Shown here: one piece after another, positions 6,381 through 15,542 of the stretch
Layout: every line of letters begins with the position of its first letter
Numbering within the stretch: the stretch's first letter is position 1
DNA from: a virus
Taxonomy: Duplodnaviria; Heunggongvirae; Uroviricota; Caudoviricetes
Direction: 5' to 3' (one strand)
DNA length: 34,429 nucleotides
IMG/VR virus record: IMGVR_UViG_2693429554_000013
Made by a program: the position numbers and the translations under genes
The notes under the pieces: generated by a model
The model's input: only the letters and a program-made list of their open reading frames with translations
Database searches by the model: none
Told to the model about the DNA's origin: nothing

Positions 6381-9203
6381 ATGACGACAGAGTACATCAG
6401 GGACTGGCAACAACCGCGCCACGCAGTCGGTCGCGAAGGAACAGGGATCCCCGCACCTGAGTCTGCACTTTCCTCCTGGCTGGATGCCTACCGGACTGAG
6501 AACGAGCGCCGCCAGGAAATGGCTGATGCGGCGTTCTCCGCCACGCCGCTGGGCAACCTGATTAATAAAAGCCTGGACGCACAGGAAAAACAGGACAAAA
6601 CCATCACCCTGGCAGGAGATGCCAGAAAGCAGGCACGCGGCGCGGTGGATGAAGCCATGGCCTCGCTGCGCCTGCTGCCGTCCTATCTGCGCGATCCGCT
6701 TATTCGCCACCTCTCCTTCCTGCGCAAAAAACAGGAAGCCGATCGCCGGAAAGGCAAAAAGAGCTGGCAGGCTGAACGCTACGCGCGCGGAACCCTGCGC
6801 AAAATATTCGAACGTCTGGACCGCACCGACCACCGCTGGCTGACACCGGGTTATCGCTCCCTTGCAGGACGCGAACGCCTGGATGATTTGCTTTACCTGC
6901 CGCAGCTCAACAAGCACCAGATACAGACGCTGGCCACCATGACGGCGGCGATGTTCAGCAGCACCTTCGAAAAACTCTGCGATGGCTTTGGCGCGACTGA
7001 TGGCGAGCTGACCATGGATGTAACCCTGAAGGCGTATCAGATGCTGGCCCGCATGGCGTTACACCTGCACGCCATGCCTCCGCATTATGACGCACTGACA
7101 ACAGATAAAGACCGGAGGAACGAACCGGATACGGAGCTGCTGCCGGGCGCAGTCCTTCGCCTGACTTGTGCGGAATGGTGGAAACGCAAACTGTGGCTGT
7201 TACGTTGCGAGTGGAGAGAAGAACAACTCCGCGCCGCCTGTCTGGTTTCCAGAAAAACATCGCCCTATCTGAGCCAGGACGCATTAAGCGAGTTTCGCGC
7301 ACAGCGCGAGAAAACACGCGATTTCCTGAAAAGTTTCATGCTGGAAAACGAAGACGGGTTCACGATTGATCTCGAGACGGTGTATTACGCGGGAGTAAGT
7401 AACCCGGTTCACCGTAAGGCAGAAATGATGGCCACCATGAAGGGGCTGGAACTTCTGGCCGAAGCCCGTGGCGACAAAGCGGTGTTTCTGACCGTCACCT
7501 GCCCGTCAAAATACCACGCCACAACAGAGAACGGTCATCCGAATCCCAAATGGAACGGGGCCACCATGCGCGACTCCAGCGATTACCTGGTTAACACGTT
7601 TTTTGCGGCGGTCCGCAAAAAACTGAACCGCGACGGCCTGCGCTGGTATGGCATCCGCACGGTGGAGCCTCACCATGACGGCACCGTGCACTGGCACATG
7701 ATGGTCTTTGCTCATCCGGAAGAAATCGACAGCATCGTGGCCATCACCCGCGATATTGCCATTCAGGAAGACCGCCACGAGCTGGGCGATGACATAACTC
7801 CGCGTTTTAAGGCGGAGTACGTCGACGGCTCAAAAGGCACGCCAACCAGCTACATCGCCACCTACATCGGAAAGAACCTGGACAGCCGCGCCGTGGATGG
7901 CATCGACCCGAAAACGGGCAAGCCACGCGTTGACCACGAAACCGGAAAATCAATGGCCGAGAGTGTGGAACGCGCCATCGGCTGGGCGCGCCTTCACCGG
8001 GTCCGCCAGTTCCAGTTCTTTGGCATCCCCTCCCGTCAGGTATGGCGTGAACTCCGCCGCCTTGCCAGCCAGATGGCACGCAACCCGGAAGGCCCACAAC
8101 GGCTGAAGGATGATGCAATGGATGCGGTACTCGCTGCCGCTGATGCCGGGTGTTTTGCCACCTACATTGAGAAACAGGGCGGCGTACTTGTTCCACGCAA
8201 AGACTACCTGATTCGCACCGCCTACGACCTCGCAGATGAGCTGAACGATTACGGTGAACAGAGCGTACAGATTTACGGGATCTGGTCGCCGCTCATCGGG
8301 GAGTCTTCCCGCGTATGCACGCATCCGGATAACTGGAAGCTGGTAAGACGCAAACCGGAAGCGGAAGACAGCGCCCGCGAAAATGGTTTTGACCTTCAGG
8401 GCGGCCCTGCCGCCCCTTGGACTCGTGGCAATAACTGTCCCCATGTACAGGAAACGGACAACAACGGGACAGAACAGCCGGAAGAACGGCCAGCACCGTG
8501 GCCGCAGCTCCCTGGCGGCGTTGAAGTGAACGAATGGATGCGCTCACTGAAACGGCACGAACGCCGGGCGCTGATGCGTTCGCTGCGTGACAAGCAGGCA
8601 AAAAACAGCAGTGATGAAATGCAGAACTGGACACAGAGCCGCAAACAGCCACAGCCTTTGCCTGATAACCACGAATTACTCGCTAAAGAATGGCGGGAGT
8701 CTGCCGAATCTCTCGGCCTGCATATCGGTGAACAGCAGATGCAGCACCTGTTACGGGGCGGCAGCCTGTACGTTGACGGCAGCATCATTGCACCACAGGG
8801 ATTTGAAATTGTACGCAAACCGGATACCCGCCCGGACAGCCGAATCACACAGCTCTGGCAGCACCTGAGCCGTAATCACGGCGTAAGCAGCACGGAGATC
8901 CGCCATAACCCGGTCGCCAGCTATCTGGCACAGCTGGGGGCATCAGACCCCGAAGCCGCCGCACGTCTGGCATCCACACTTCAGCAGGACCAGAACACCA
9001 TGAAAACCCCCGTTACCGTGCTTTCTGACATGCTGCGCGTCATCCGTGACGCAGAGCACGCACAGAGAATCAGTGAAACAACTGAACGCGCCCGCCGCAA
9101 AGCAGACCTGCTGCGGGGTGGCCTGACCAGTGGAAACAAAAAACAGACAGAAACGGGATTCACAAATCCCGTAAATGAGCAAAAAACGCACCGCGATATA
9201 TGA
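6381..9203 (+). CDS. Rolling-circle replication initiator endonuclease, P2 gpA family
   Basis: 940 aa; metal-binding motif EPHHDGTVHWHMMVF and paired-tyrosine motif YIATYIGK typical of the P2 A / phiX174 A superfamily; long C-terminal region. Confidence 0.85.
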   Translation: MTTEYIRDWQQPRHAVGREGTGIPAPESALSSWLDAYRTENERRQEMADAAFSATPLGNLINKSLDAQEKQDKTITLAGDARKQARGAVDEAMASLRLLPSYLRDPLIRHLSFLRKKQEADRRKGKKSWQAERYARGTLRKIFERLDRTDHRWLTPGYRSLAGRERLDDLLYLPQLNKHQIQTLATMTAAMFSSTFEKLCDGFGATDGELTMDVTLKAYQMLARMALHLHAMPPHYDALTTDKDRRNEPDTELLPGAVLRLTCAEWWKRKLWLLRCEWREEQLRAACLVSRKTSPYLSQDALSEFRAQREKTRDFLKSFMLENEDGFTIDLETVYYAGVSNPVHRKAEMMATMKGLELLAEARGDKAVFLTVTCPSKYHATTENGHPNPKWNGATMRDSSDYLVNTFFAAVRKKLNRDGLRWYGIRTVEPHHDGTVHWHMMVFAHPEEIDSIVAITRDIAIQEDRHELGDDITPRFKAEYVDGSKGTPTSYIATYIGKNLDSRAVDGIDPKTGKPRVDHETGKSMAESVERAIGWARLHRVRQFQFFGIPSRQVWRELRRLASQMARNPEGPQRLKDDAMDAVLAAADAGCFATYIEKQGGVLVPRKDYLIRTAYDLADELNDYGEQSVQIYGIWSPLIGESSRVCTHPDNWKLVRRKPEAEDSARENGFDLQGGPAAPWTRGNNCPHVQETDNNGTEQPEERPAPWPQLPGGVEVNEWMRSLKRHERRALMRSLRDKQAKNSSDEMQNWTQSRKQPQPLPDNHELLAKEWRESAESLGLHIGEQQMQHLLRGGSLYVDGSIIAPQGFEIVRKPDTRPDSRITQLWQHLSRNHGVSSTEIRHNPVASYLAQLGASDPEAAARLASTLQQDQNTMKTPVTVLSDMLRVIRDAEHAQRISETTERARRKADLLRGGLTSGNKKQTETGFTNPVNEQKTHRDI

Positions 9204-9244
9204 AGCGCGCACAAAACAGGCAAAAACGGGATTTAAAAATCCCG
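9152..9244. promoter_or_regulatory. Two 20-bp palindromes ACGGGATT-N4-AATCCCGT 73 bp apart, upstream of parM; candidate parC centromere/operator
   Basis: Palindromes at 9152-9171 (inside the 3' end of the gpA-like gene) and 9225-9244; part of a ~40-bp direct duplication. Confidence 0.45.
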
Positions 9245-9279
9245 TAAACGATTAATTAACCAACATAAGGAAAAGCGAC

Positions 9280-10239
9280 ATGAAAATTTGTATCGACGAC
9301 GGCTCCACCAACATCAAGCTGGCATGGACTGAGAATGGCGAACGCCGCAACGCCATCAGCCCGAACAGCTTCAAGTCGGAATGGTCTGCGCCGTTCGGTG
9401 GCATGCAGCCCGCGAACTACATGCTTGATGGCGTGCGCTATGGTTTTGATCCGGTCAGCGATCGCTTTGTCCAGACGACCGACACGCAATACCAGTACAG
9501 CGATGTGAATGTCATTGCCATTCATCACGCGCTGGTCAAATCAGGCATCACACCACAGGAAGTGGATGTGGTTGTCACCCTGCCACTGAGCGAGTATTTC
9601 GATACAAACGCACAGCCGGACATGGCCAACATCAACCGCAAAAAAGCGAACGTCATGCGCCCGGTGGAGTACCAGAACGGCGAAGCATTCACTATCCGTA
9701 ACGTACGGGTTATGCCTGAATCCATTCCGGCTGGCTTTAAGGCACTGGCTGACATGAGTCCGTTTGAATCCCTGCTGATTGTGGATTTGGGCGGAACCAC
9801 GCTGGATGTGGCAAAGGTTCAGGGGCAACTGGCAGGTATCAGCCAGGTGTTTTGCGATCCACACGTAGGCGTTTCTCTGATGGCCGATGCCGTGCTGTCG
9901 GTGATGGCCACCAACGGTATGCGCACCAGTCACCACATCGCCAATACCATTATCGAACATCGCCACGATGAAGCCTGGCTGCGCCAGCACATCCACAATG
10001 ACGCGCATTACGCCAGCCTGATGGCAGTTATTCGTGAAAAGGAGGAAACACTGAAACAACGCGTGATCCGCGCGCTGGCGGGTTTTTCGGGTTACGGGCG
10101 GGTGATGGTTGTAGGTGGAGGAGCGGAGATTGTGGCACCCGCTATCCGCGAAGCCTGCGGAGTTAATGCGACTTTCATCGCGGACGGGGTGCCACAGTTT
10201 GCTCTGGTTAATGGGCTGTACGCAATGGACAAGGAGTAA
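9280..10239 (+). CDS. parM: ParM/StbA-family actin-like segregation ATPase
   Basis: 319 aa; N-terminus MKICIDDGSTNIKLAW and motifs ISPNSFK, YQYSDVNV, LIVDLGGTTLDV match my recollection of plasmid R1 ParM. Confidence 0.85.
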   Translation: MKICIDDGSTNIKLAWTENGERRNAISPNSFKSEWSAPFGGMQPANYMLDGVRYGFDPVSDRFVQTTDTQYQYSDVNVIAIHHALVKSGITPQEVDVVVTLPLSEYFDTNAQPDMANINRKKANVMRPVEYQNGEAFTIRNVRVMPESIPAGFKALADMSPFESLLIVDLGGTTLDVAKVQGQLAGISQVFCDPHVGVSLMADAVLSVMATNGMRTSHHIANTIIEHRHDEAWLRQHIHNDAHYASLMAVIREKEETLKQRVIRALAGFSGYGRVMVVGGGAEIVAPAIREACGVNATFIADGVPQFALVNGLYAMDKE

Positions 10240-10243
10240 ATCA

Positions 10244-10558
10244 ATGACGACACCAACCAGACGGATAAGTTTCTATCTGAAGCCCGCCGTCGTCAAGAGC
10301 GAACGGGAGGCGTGTAATTACCTCGACAGCCTGCCAGCCTCCGAACGCAGCCGCGCACAACGCGCGGCTTTTCTGGCTGGACTGGCTCTTATAAAACGCA
10401 CCCCCGCGTTGGCGTATTCGCTGGCAGAATGGTCAGAAGACGAAATACGGATGCCACCGCTACCAGTACAGCCTGAAAAACCGGCGCAACCAGCAGCAGA
10501 CAGCGCCCCCCATATGCAGCAGGTGAAAAAGAATATTCAGGCGTTTTTCCCGAAGTGA
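10244..10558 (+). CDS. parR: ParR/StbB-like centromere-binding adaptor
   Basis: 104 aa; RRISFYLKPAVVKSEREACNYLDSLPASERSRAQRAAFLAGLALIKR aligns with my recollection of R1 ParR; AGGAG RBS; ORF-track start 10115 is in frame but overlaps parM. Confidence 0.7.
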   Translation: MTTPTRRISFYLKPAVVKSEREACNYLDSLPASERSRAQRAAFLAGLALIKRTPALAYSLAEWSEDEIRMPPLPVQPEKPAQPAADSAPHMQQVKKNIQAFFPK

Positions 10559-10572
10559 AAACAGGAGTAACT

Positions 10573-10860
10573 ATGTCCACCATTACCAAAAAATGGTTAC
10601 AACGTAAAATCACAGAGTTTAAATCGTGGCGCGAAGACATCCCGTTCGGTCTTGATGAAGACGATCACAATATGTTAATCGCACTGGAAATCGCACTTGC
10701 ATCACTGGAAGCAGAGCCAGTGGCATGGATGCACGCAAATAATCCTATTGGAATACCGGCGATAACAAGAAGTAAAGATGTTGCAGACAGCTGGCGCTCT
10801 AAGGGATGGAATGTATTGCCTCTTTATTCACTGACCCGCCCCATCAATTTATGCCATTAA
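10573..10860 (+). CDS. Hypothetical protein in AT-rich insert
   Basis: 95 aa from ATG 10573 (RBS AGGAG); AT-rich by eye. Confidence 0.5.
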   Translation: MSTITKKWLQRKITEFKSWREDIPFGLDEDDHNMLIALEIALASLEAEPVAWMHANNPIGIPAITRSKDVADSWRSKGWNVLPLYSLTRPINLCH

Positions 10861-10871
10861 TGGAAGTAATC

Positions 10872-11231
10872 ATGATGAAAGATAATTCCGGAAGCCAGCG
10901 TGCATCAGTTGCAGTTATGGTAATGATTAAATTTGTGAAACAGTACACCGGAAAGCCAATTTCGCTCCGGCAATTAAGCAAAGAAACCGTTTCACTGTCA
11001 TATCTGGAGCAAATATTCAGATATTTACGGGAAAGTAGCCTGGTAAAAGCCACACGCGGCCCGGGTGGTGGATATATCCCGACAAAAGAAAATTACAGTG
11101 TTGGTGATATTGTCCGGGCAATGAAATGTTCCGGATTATATACACAGCACGTTATTCTGGCTGCACTGGATAATATTTCTTTAACCAGCCTGCAGGAAGA
11201 CACAAATTATCAGTTGTCTGCCATTGAATAA
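10872..11231 (+). CDS. Rrf2-family-like transcriptional regulator, short form
   Basis: 119 aa; ISLSYLEQIFRYLRESSLVKATRGPGGGY matches the Rrf2/IscR winged-helix signature as I recall it; lacks the three-Cys cluster. Confidence 0.6.
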   Translation: MMKDNSGSQRASVAVMVMIKFVKQYTGKPISLRQLSKETVSLSYLEQIFRYLRESSLVKATRGPGGGYIPTKENYSVGDIVRAMKCSGLYTQHVILAALDNISLTSLQEDTNYQLSAIE

Positions 11232-11235
11232 GAAA

Positions 11236-11278
11236 ACCCGGAACGGGTGCGCAAATTCTTTGTGCGCCCGTTCCGGGT
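11236..11278. terminator. Strong hairpin between convergent genes, with T-run on the minus-strand side
   Basis: CCCGGAACGGGTGCGC ... GCGCCCGTTCCGGG stem, loop AAATTCTTTGT; T-rich tract on minus strand. Confidence 0.55.
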
Positions 11279-11299
11279 TGGACAAGCGAAGCGCGTCAG

Positions 11300-11557
11300 C
11301 TATCCGGCCTGCAACAACTCCAGAGCCATTTGTTTTTCTTCCGGACGCATCCGCTCAATCAACAGCTTTAACACACCATTCTCCAGCCCGCTGGGCACCA
11401 GTGTGTGCGAGTAGGTCAGATTCATCACCCAGGTATGTCCGCACTCGAGACGGGTGCAACGGTAATACACATCAGCAAACTGATCGGTTTTCCAGGCTGT
11501 TTTCTCAATCACTGCATGTGCACCGCAGCAATGACATCGCGCTTTCTGTCTGCGCAT
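11300..11557 (-). CDS. ogr: Ogr/Delta-family zinc-finger late-gene transcription activator
   Basis: Cys-x2-Cys ... Cys-x4-Cys pattern (CHCCG...CTRLECGH); start moved to internal ATG 11557, preceded by GGAGG. Confidence 0.7.
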   Translation of the reverse strand: MRRQKARCHCCGAHAVIEKTAWKTDQFADVYYRCTRLECGHTWVMNLTYSHTLVPSGLENGVLKLLIERMRPEEKQMALELLQAG

Positions 11558-11622
11558 TTTCCACCTCCCGGAACAGCGTTTTACTGCCACCGATTTTACC
11601 CGCTCTTTCCCCATACCGCACA

Positions 11623-12657
11623 TCACTCCATGGGTTCATCAAAATCAAGAATAAATTTCACCTCCCCCAGTCGTCTGATATCCGGGTCGCTGTTGATCCC
11701 CTCCATAATCAGGCGGCGCATCGGGATAACCTCATCCCTGTAATATGCCTCGCGGGATTTCAGTGGGTCACCAAGCCCGGCCGTATTTGCGGGAATGATG
11801 CCGGCAAGTCCGGGTGGGAAACGGTGCGCGACGAGCTGATCCTGGGCACTGATGGTTTTTATATTCAGGAACTCATCTTTTGTACCTGAATCCCCGATAG
11901 GGATCACCTTAACGCCTTCTTTGTCTCCGCCCGGTATATTGATAAACATGGATTTAAAATTACCCGCCCCTTTTGACGCCTCTATTTTTTTACGGAATTC
12001 CGCCTCGAGCTCGGGATCCATGTCCGGGTCAGTGGAATACAGGATATAACCAAGATGTGCGCCGTTCTTGTAATACTTGCGGCGAAAGCGGGTGGCATCC
12101 ACATTCAGCATGGCGGATTCCATCCCGTGAATATAATCCGGGACACCGTAAACCTGCTGTTGCGGGTCATAAATGGCCACGAACACCACTTCGCCTGGCG
12201 GGTAAACGAGATCTTCCAGTGCCGCCTGCACAATCACCGTGCCACCCTCGTTGTTACGCCGCAGGTACAGCGACGGCAGTGTGTGCAGGCGCACTACCAG
12301 ACCAAAGCCATTGCGCACTTTAAGCAGACCCATATCCCCGAATATCAGCAGATTGGTCACTGCTGCCGCCATGGCGGCGTGTGTCATACCACCGCCCCCC
12401 CGAAAACCCTGCATGATCATATTGACGCGCGCACGCAATACCGCGCCGTGATACGGTGCGATATTGGCCAACATAGCGAGATCCATGCGCTCAATGGGCG
12501 GCGTGTACCAGCCGTTATAGCCATCCCAGAGCGAGCCGTAATAACAGCCCCATGCAGCGACCGGTTCCGGGTCACCAAATTCAATAAACGTCATTTTGCT
12601 GGCTGTTTTTTTTGCCACGCCATCGTGTAGCACGGGGGATTTTTTCTTTTTACTCAT
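11623..12657 (-). CDS. Portal protein, P2 gpQ family
   Basis: 344 aa; immediately upstream of large terminase on same strand, divergent from scaffold/capsid genes. Confidence 0.85.
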   Translation of the reverse strand: MSKKKKSPVLHDGVAKKTASKMTFIEFGDPEPVAAWGCYYGSLWDGYNGWYTPPIERMDLAMLANIAPYHGAVLRARVNMIMQGFRGGGGMTHAAMAAAVTNLLIFGDMGLLKVRNGFGLVVRLHTLPSLYLRRNNEGGTVIVQAALEDLVYPPGEVVFVAIYDPQQQVYGVPDYIHGMESAMLNVDATRFRRKYYKNGAHLGYILYSTDPDMDPELEAEFRKKIEASKGAGNFKSMFINIPGGDKEGVKVIPIGDSGTKDEFLNIKTISAQDQLVAHRFPPGLAGIIPANTAGLGDPLKSREAYYRDEVIPMRRLIMEGINSDPDIRRLGEVKFILDFDEPME

Positions 12658-14437
12658 CTGACAGGATCCATGTTGATTTGCGCTTGTGCTTATAGTTCAG
12701 GGGTTCATTACTTGCGGCATGAGCTATGGCAAAGAAGATGTCTGCGTGCCCGGTTTCTTCGCTACGTTCGGCGGTGAAAGTGACTTTATTGCCACTGTTA
12801 GTGGACTCCTGACGAATGGCCAGGAACGATGCCGGAATATCTGTGGCTTCTTCATCCCACTCAATACGGTTGGCGTAAATCAGATCCAGCATCTTCATCA
12901 CCAGGCGGTTTTTGGATTCAACGCTGTAATGAATGGCCACTGTTTCACGGCGGGCAAATCCCTGAACCAGCTCAAAGACACCGTAGCCAAGACCGGTGAC
13001 GTCAATGCCGATAAATGTCATGTTATAGCGCGCCTTAATGCTGCGGATACGCTCTGCCATAAACTGGAATGACATACTGCGCCAGTGGTGTTTTTCCAGC
13101 ACGCGGAATCGTTCTGCCGAAACCAGCGGCGGTGCCAGCACCACAAACGTGGCGTTATCGCCGGAGCGCGCAGGATCAAAGCCACCCCACACCTCACGGT
13201 TACCAAATGGCATGGGTTCTTCCGGGTGAAAATCCTCCCACGTACTGACATCAACGCCACAGCGCACGAGGTCATCGAATTTAAAGACGCTCTCTTTGTC
13301 ATCCACAAACACACACATAAACAGCATATTGAACGCTGTTTCGTTGTATCGCTCGCGCAGCTCGTTGATGTCAGCAAGGTTAAAGCCGCCGGCAATGGCA
13401 TCTTCCAGCGTAACCACATAGCGCCACTGACCGTCCGGGCATTCGCGCCCGCCATCACGCAGTTCATCAAAGGACGGAAACTCAACCCCTTTTCGTTTCG
13501 GATCACCTTTGCGCCATTCATCGCCAGACCAGAACGGATAACCCTGGTGTGTTTTGGATGACGGCGTGGAGAAATAGGTAATGCGCCAGTGTTTATGGGT
13601 GGCCATCCCTGACGCCACTTCATTGAGACGGCGAAAACCGGGGATCCACAGGTATTCGTCAATGTACAGGTGGCCGCTGTTTGACTGTGCCGTGTTGCTG
13701 TTGGTCGCCAGAAAATACAGTTCAGCCAGATTACTTAACTTAACCGGATTGCCTTTAATGGGAATGCCAAACTCTGTTTGTGCAATTTTTACAATATAAG
13801 TACGGAACACTTCGGCCTGACGTTTTGATGCCGATAAAAATATCTGTGTGTCGCCGGTTAATACCGCATCTTCAAACGCCTCAAACGCGAAGTAATACGT
13901 CGCCCCAATCTGACGGGATTTAAGCAGGTTGCGTACACGGCGGAATTTGTTTTCACGCAGGCGCAACTGATAAGCAAACAGTTTCTTCGTAAACGGCTCA
14001 AAACTTTCAGCAGTCAGTCCGGAAACGTCATTAGCTTTGCGGGGGCGCTCTTTCTTACCTGCACCTTTTTCTCCGCGTTCTTCTTTTCCATAACGACCAG
14101 ACTGGGGAATATCCGCTCCCATTCGTTCAATCTCGGCCATTCGTTCCGTGTGCTTGTTCCTGACCGACATCAGTTTGACATGATGACCAATCAGGCGATC
14201 GAGTTCATCGTGCTCTTCCGGCGTTTTATGATCACGCTCCGCCAGTACAGCGAGACGACGGGCGATAACATCTTCCACACCTTCAGTATTAAGCTGTGTG
14301 TACCACTCAAACTTTGTCGCCCAGTAATAAACAATTCGCGGGCTGTTCAGTCCGAGTTTCTTTTGTATTTCTTTTGGTGTGTGCCTTTTCAGATAGAGCG
14401 ATTTTGCAGCAGCAATCACCTCATCAGAATATGCCAT
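12650..14437 (-). CDS. Terminase large subunit, P2 gpP family
   Basis: 595 aa; position and size; overlaps portal start by 8 nt. Confidence 0.85.
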   Translation of the reverse strand: MAYSDEVIAAAKSLYLKRHTPKEIQKKLGLNSPRIVYYWATKFEWYTQLNTEGVEDVIARRLAVLAERDHKTPEEHDELDRLIGHHVKLMSVRNKHTERMAEIERMGADIPQSGRYGKEERGEKGAGKKERPRKANDVSGLTAESFEPFTKKLFAYQLRLRENKFRRVRNLLKSRQIGATYYFAFEAFEDAVLTGDTQIFLSASKRQAEVFRTYIVKIAQTEFGIPIKGNPVKLSNLAELYFLATNSNTAQSNSGHLYIDEYLWIPGFRRLNEVASGMATHKHWRITYFSTPSSKTHQGYPFWSGDEWRKGDPKRKGVEFPSFDELRDGGRECPDGQWRYVVTLEDAIAGGFNLADINELRERYNETAFNMLFMCVFVDDKESVFKFDDLVRCGVDVSTWEDFHPEEPMPFGNREVWGGFDPARSGDNATFVVLAPPLVSAERFRVLEKHHWRSMSFQFMAERIRSIKARYNMTFIGIDVTGLGYGVFELVQGFARRETVAIHYSVESKNRLVMKMLDLIYANRIEWDEEATDIPASFLAIRQESTNSGNKVTFTAERSEETGHADIFFAIAHAASNEPLNYKHKRKSTWILSDE

Positions 14438-14511
14438 AAATAAACCTCACCTGCTGATGCAGTTTTAATTTATGCATTTTCAGCAAAGGTTTTTTTTAAA
14501 ACGAATATCAC

Positions 14512-14558
14512 TTTTCGGTATTTTTCGGATATATGCGCATATCCGAAAGTACCGGAAA
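14512..14558. promoter_or_regulatory. Four TTTCGG(A)TAT-like half-sites (two direct, two inverted) in the divergent late-promoter region
   Basis: TTTTCGGTA, TTTCGGATAT, ATATCCGAAA, GTACCGGAAA within the 194-bp region between large terminase and scaffold starts. Confidence 0.35.
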
Positions 14559-14631
14559 TTAATCAGATGACGACGTTTTTATTTCTCCTTTAAATAACGC
14601 CCAGTTAATTTTTATCAGCGGGTTAATTCAG

Positions 14632-15528
14632 ATGACGAAGCAGAAAACAGACTGGGTTGTGGTTGCCACATCAGGCCCCACCATCGACGGTCGGGAAATT
14701 GATCCGAAGTGGCTGACAGATGCCGCCGAGGTTTATAACCCGGACGAGCGAGCCGCCATGCTCTGGCCATATCACGCTGATTCCGGATGGCGTGCCTTCA
14801 CCAATAACTACGGCCTTGTTGATGCCCTGAAAGTCGAAAAATTTGGTGACAAGGTGCAGCTAAAAGCACGCCTGATCCCAAATCGCTTCCTGATTGAAGC
14901 CAATAAGGCCGGGCAGAAACTTTTTACCTCCATTGAGGTGCGGGAAAACTATCTGGGCACGGGCAAATTCTTTGTGTCCGGTGTCGCCGTGACGGATACC
15001 CCGGCCAGCGTTAACACCACACGTCTGCAGTTTTCCATGAGGGAAACCATCCATATGGGCAACGCAGAGGCGCTGAATTTTACGCTGCAGTCTGATGATG
15101 AGCAGGCAAAGCGCAACTTCTTCTCCCGCTTCTTCTCATCTGACAACCACCAACAGGGAATCTACCAAGCCATGAACGAAGAACAGTTCAGCCAGTTAAT
15201 GGGCGCTATTAATAAAACCAGCGAACGCCTGGACAAGCTGGAAGAAAACGTCGCGCAGTTCAGCGCGAAGGATGCCCCGAAAGATACCTGTGATAACAAG
15301 CCGGAAGGCAGCACCGGCGATCAGGGGCAGGACAACGCAGAACAGAACAACAAGGACGACAAAACCTTCACGCTGACCACCGAGCAGGGCGAAAAGCTGT
15401 TCTCCACAGTGAACGCCATCGCGGAGAAGGTTACCAGTATGGAAACCGCATTTGCTGAACTCAGCAAGGACGCCACGAAGCTGCCGGGCAACAATCCGGC
15501 CGGTGGCGAAACTTTTAACCTGGTGTAA
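14632..15528 (+). CDS. Capsid scaffolding protein, P2 gpO family
   Basis: 298 aa; LFTSIEVRENYLGTGKFFVSGVAVTDTPAS matches my recollection of the P2 gpO conserved region. Confidence 0.8.
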   Translation: MTKQKTDWVVVATSGPTIDGREIDPKWLTDAAEVYNPDERAAMLWPYHADSGWRAFTNNYGLVDALKVEKFGDKVQLKARLIPNRFLIEANKAGQKLFTSIEVRENYLGTGKFFVSGVAVTDTPASVNTTRLQFSMRETIHMGNAEALNFTLQSDDEQAKRNFFSRFFSSDNHQQGIYQAMNEEQFSQLMGAINKTSERLDKLEENVAQFSAKDAPKDTCDNKPEGSTGDQGQDNAEQNNKDDKTFTLTTEQGEKLFSTVNAIAEKVTSMETAFAELSKDATKLPGNNPAGGETFNLV

Positions 15529-15542
15529 CCGGAGAGAACGCA

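Noticed and set aside
5856-6917. 353-aa minus-strand ORF
   Set aside because: Antisense to two co-directional plus-strand genes including the start of the gpA-like replication gene; Cys/Arg/Gly-rich artefact of GC-rich coding sequence.
11558-11622. Possible cos site (GGGGAAAG on the minus strand resembles the P2/186 cohesive-end core)
   Set aside because: Only an 8-nt match to my recollection of the P2 cos sequence, with no extended GGCG(A/T)GGCGGGGAAAGCA match; too weak to call without end-sequencing of virion DNA.
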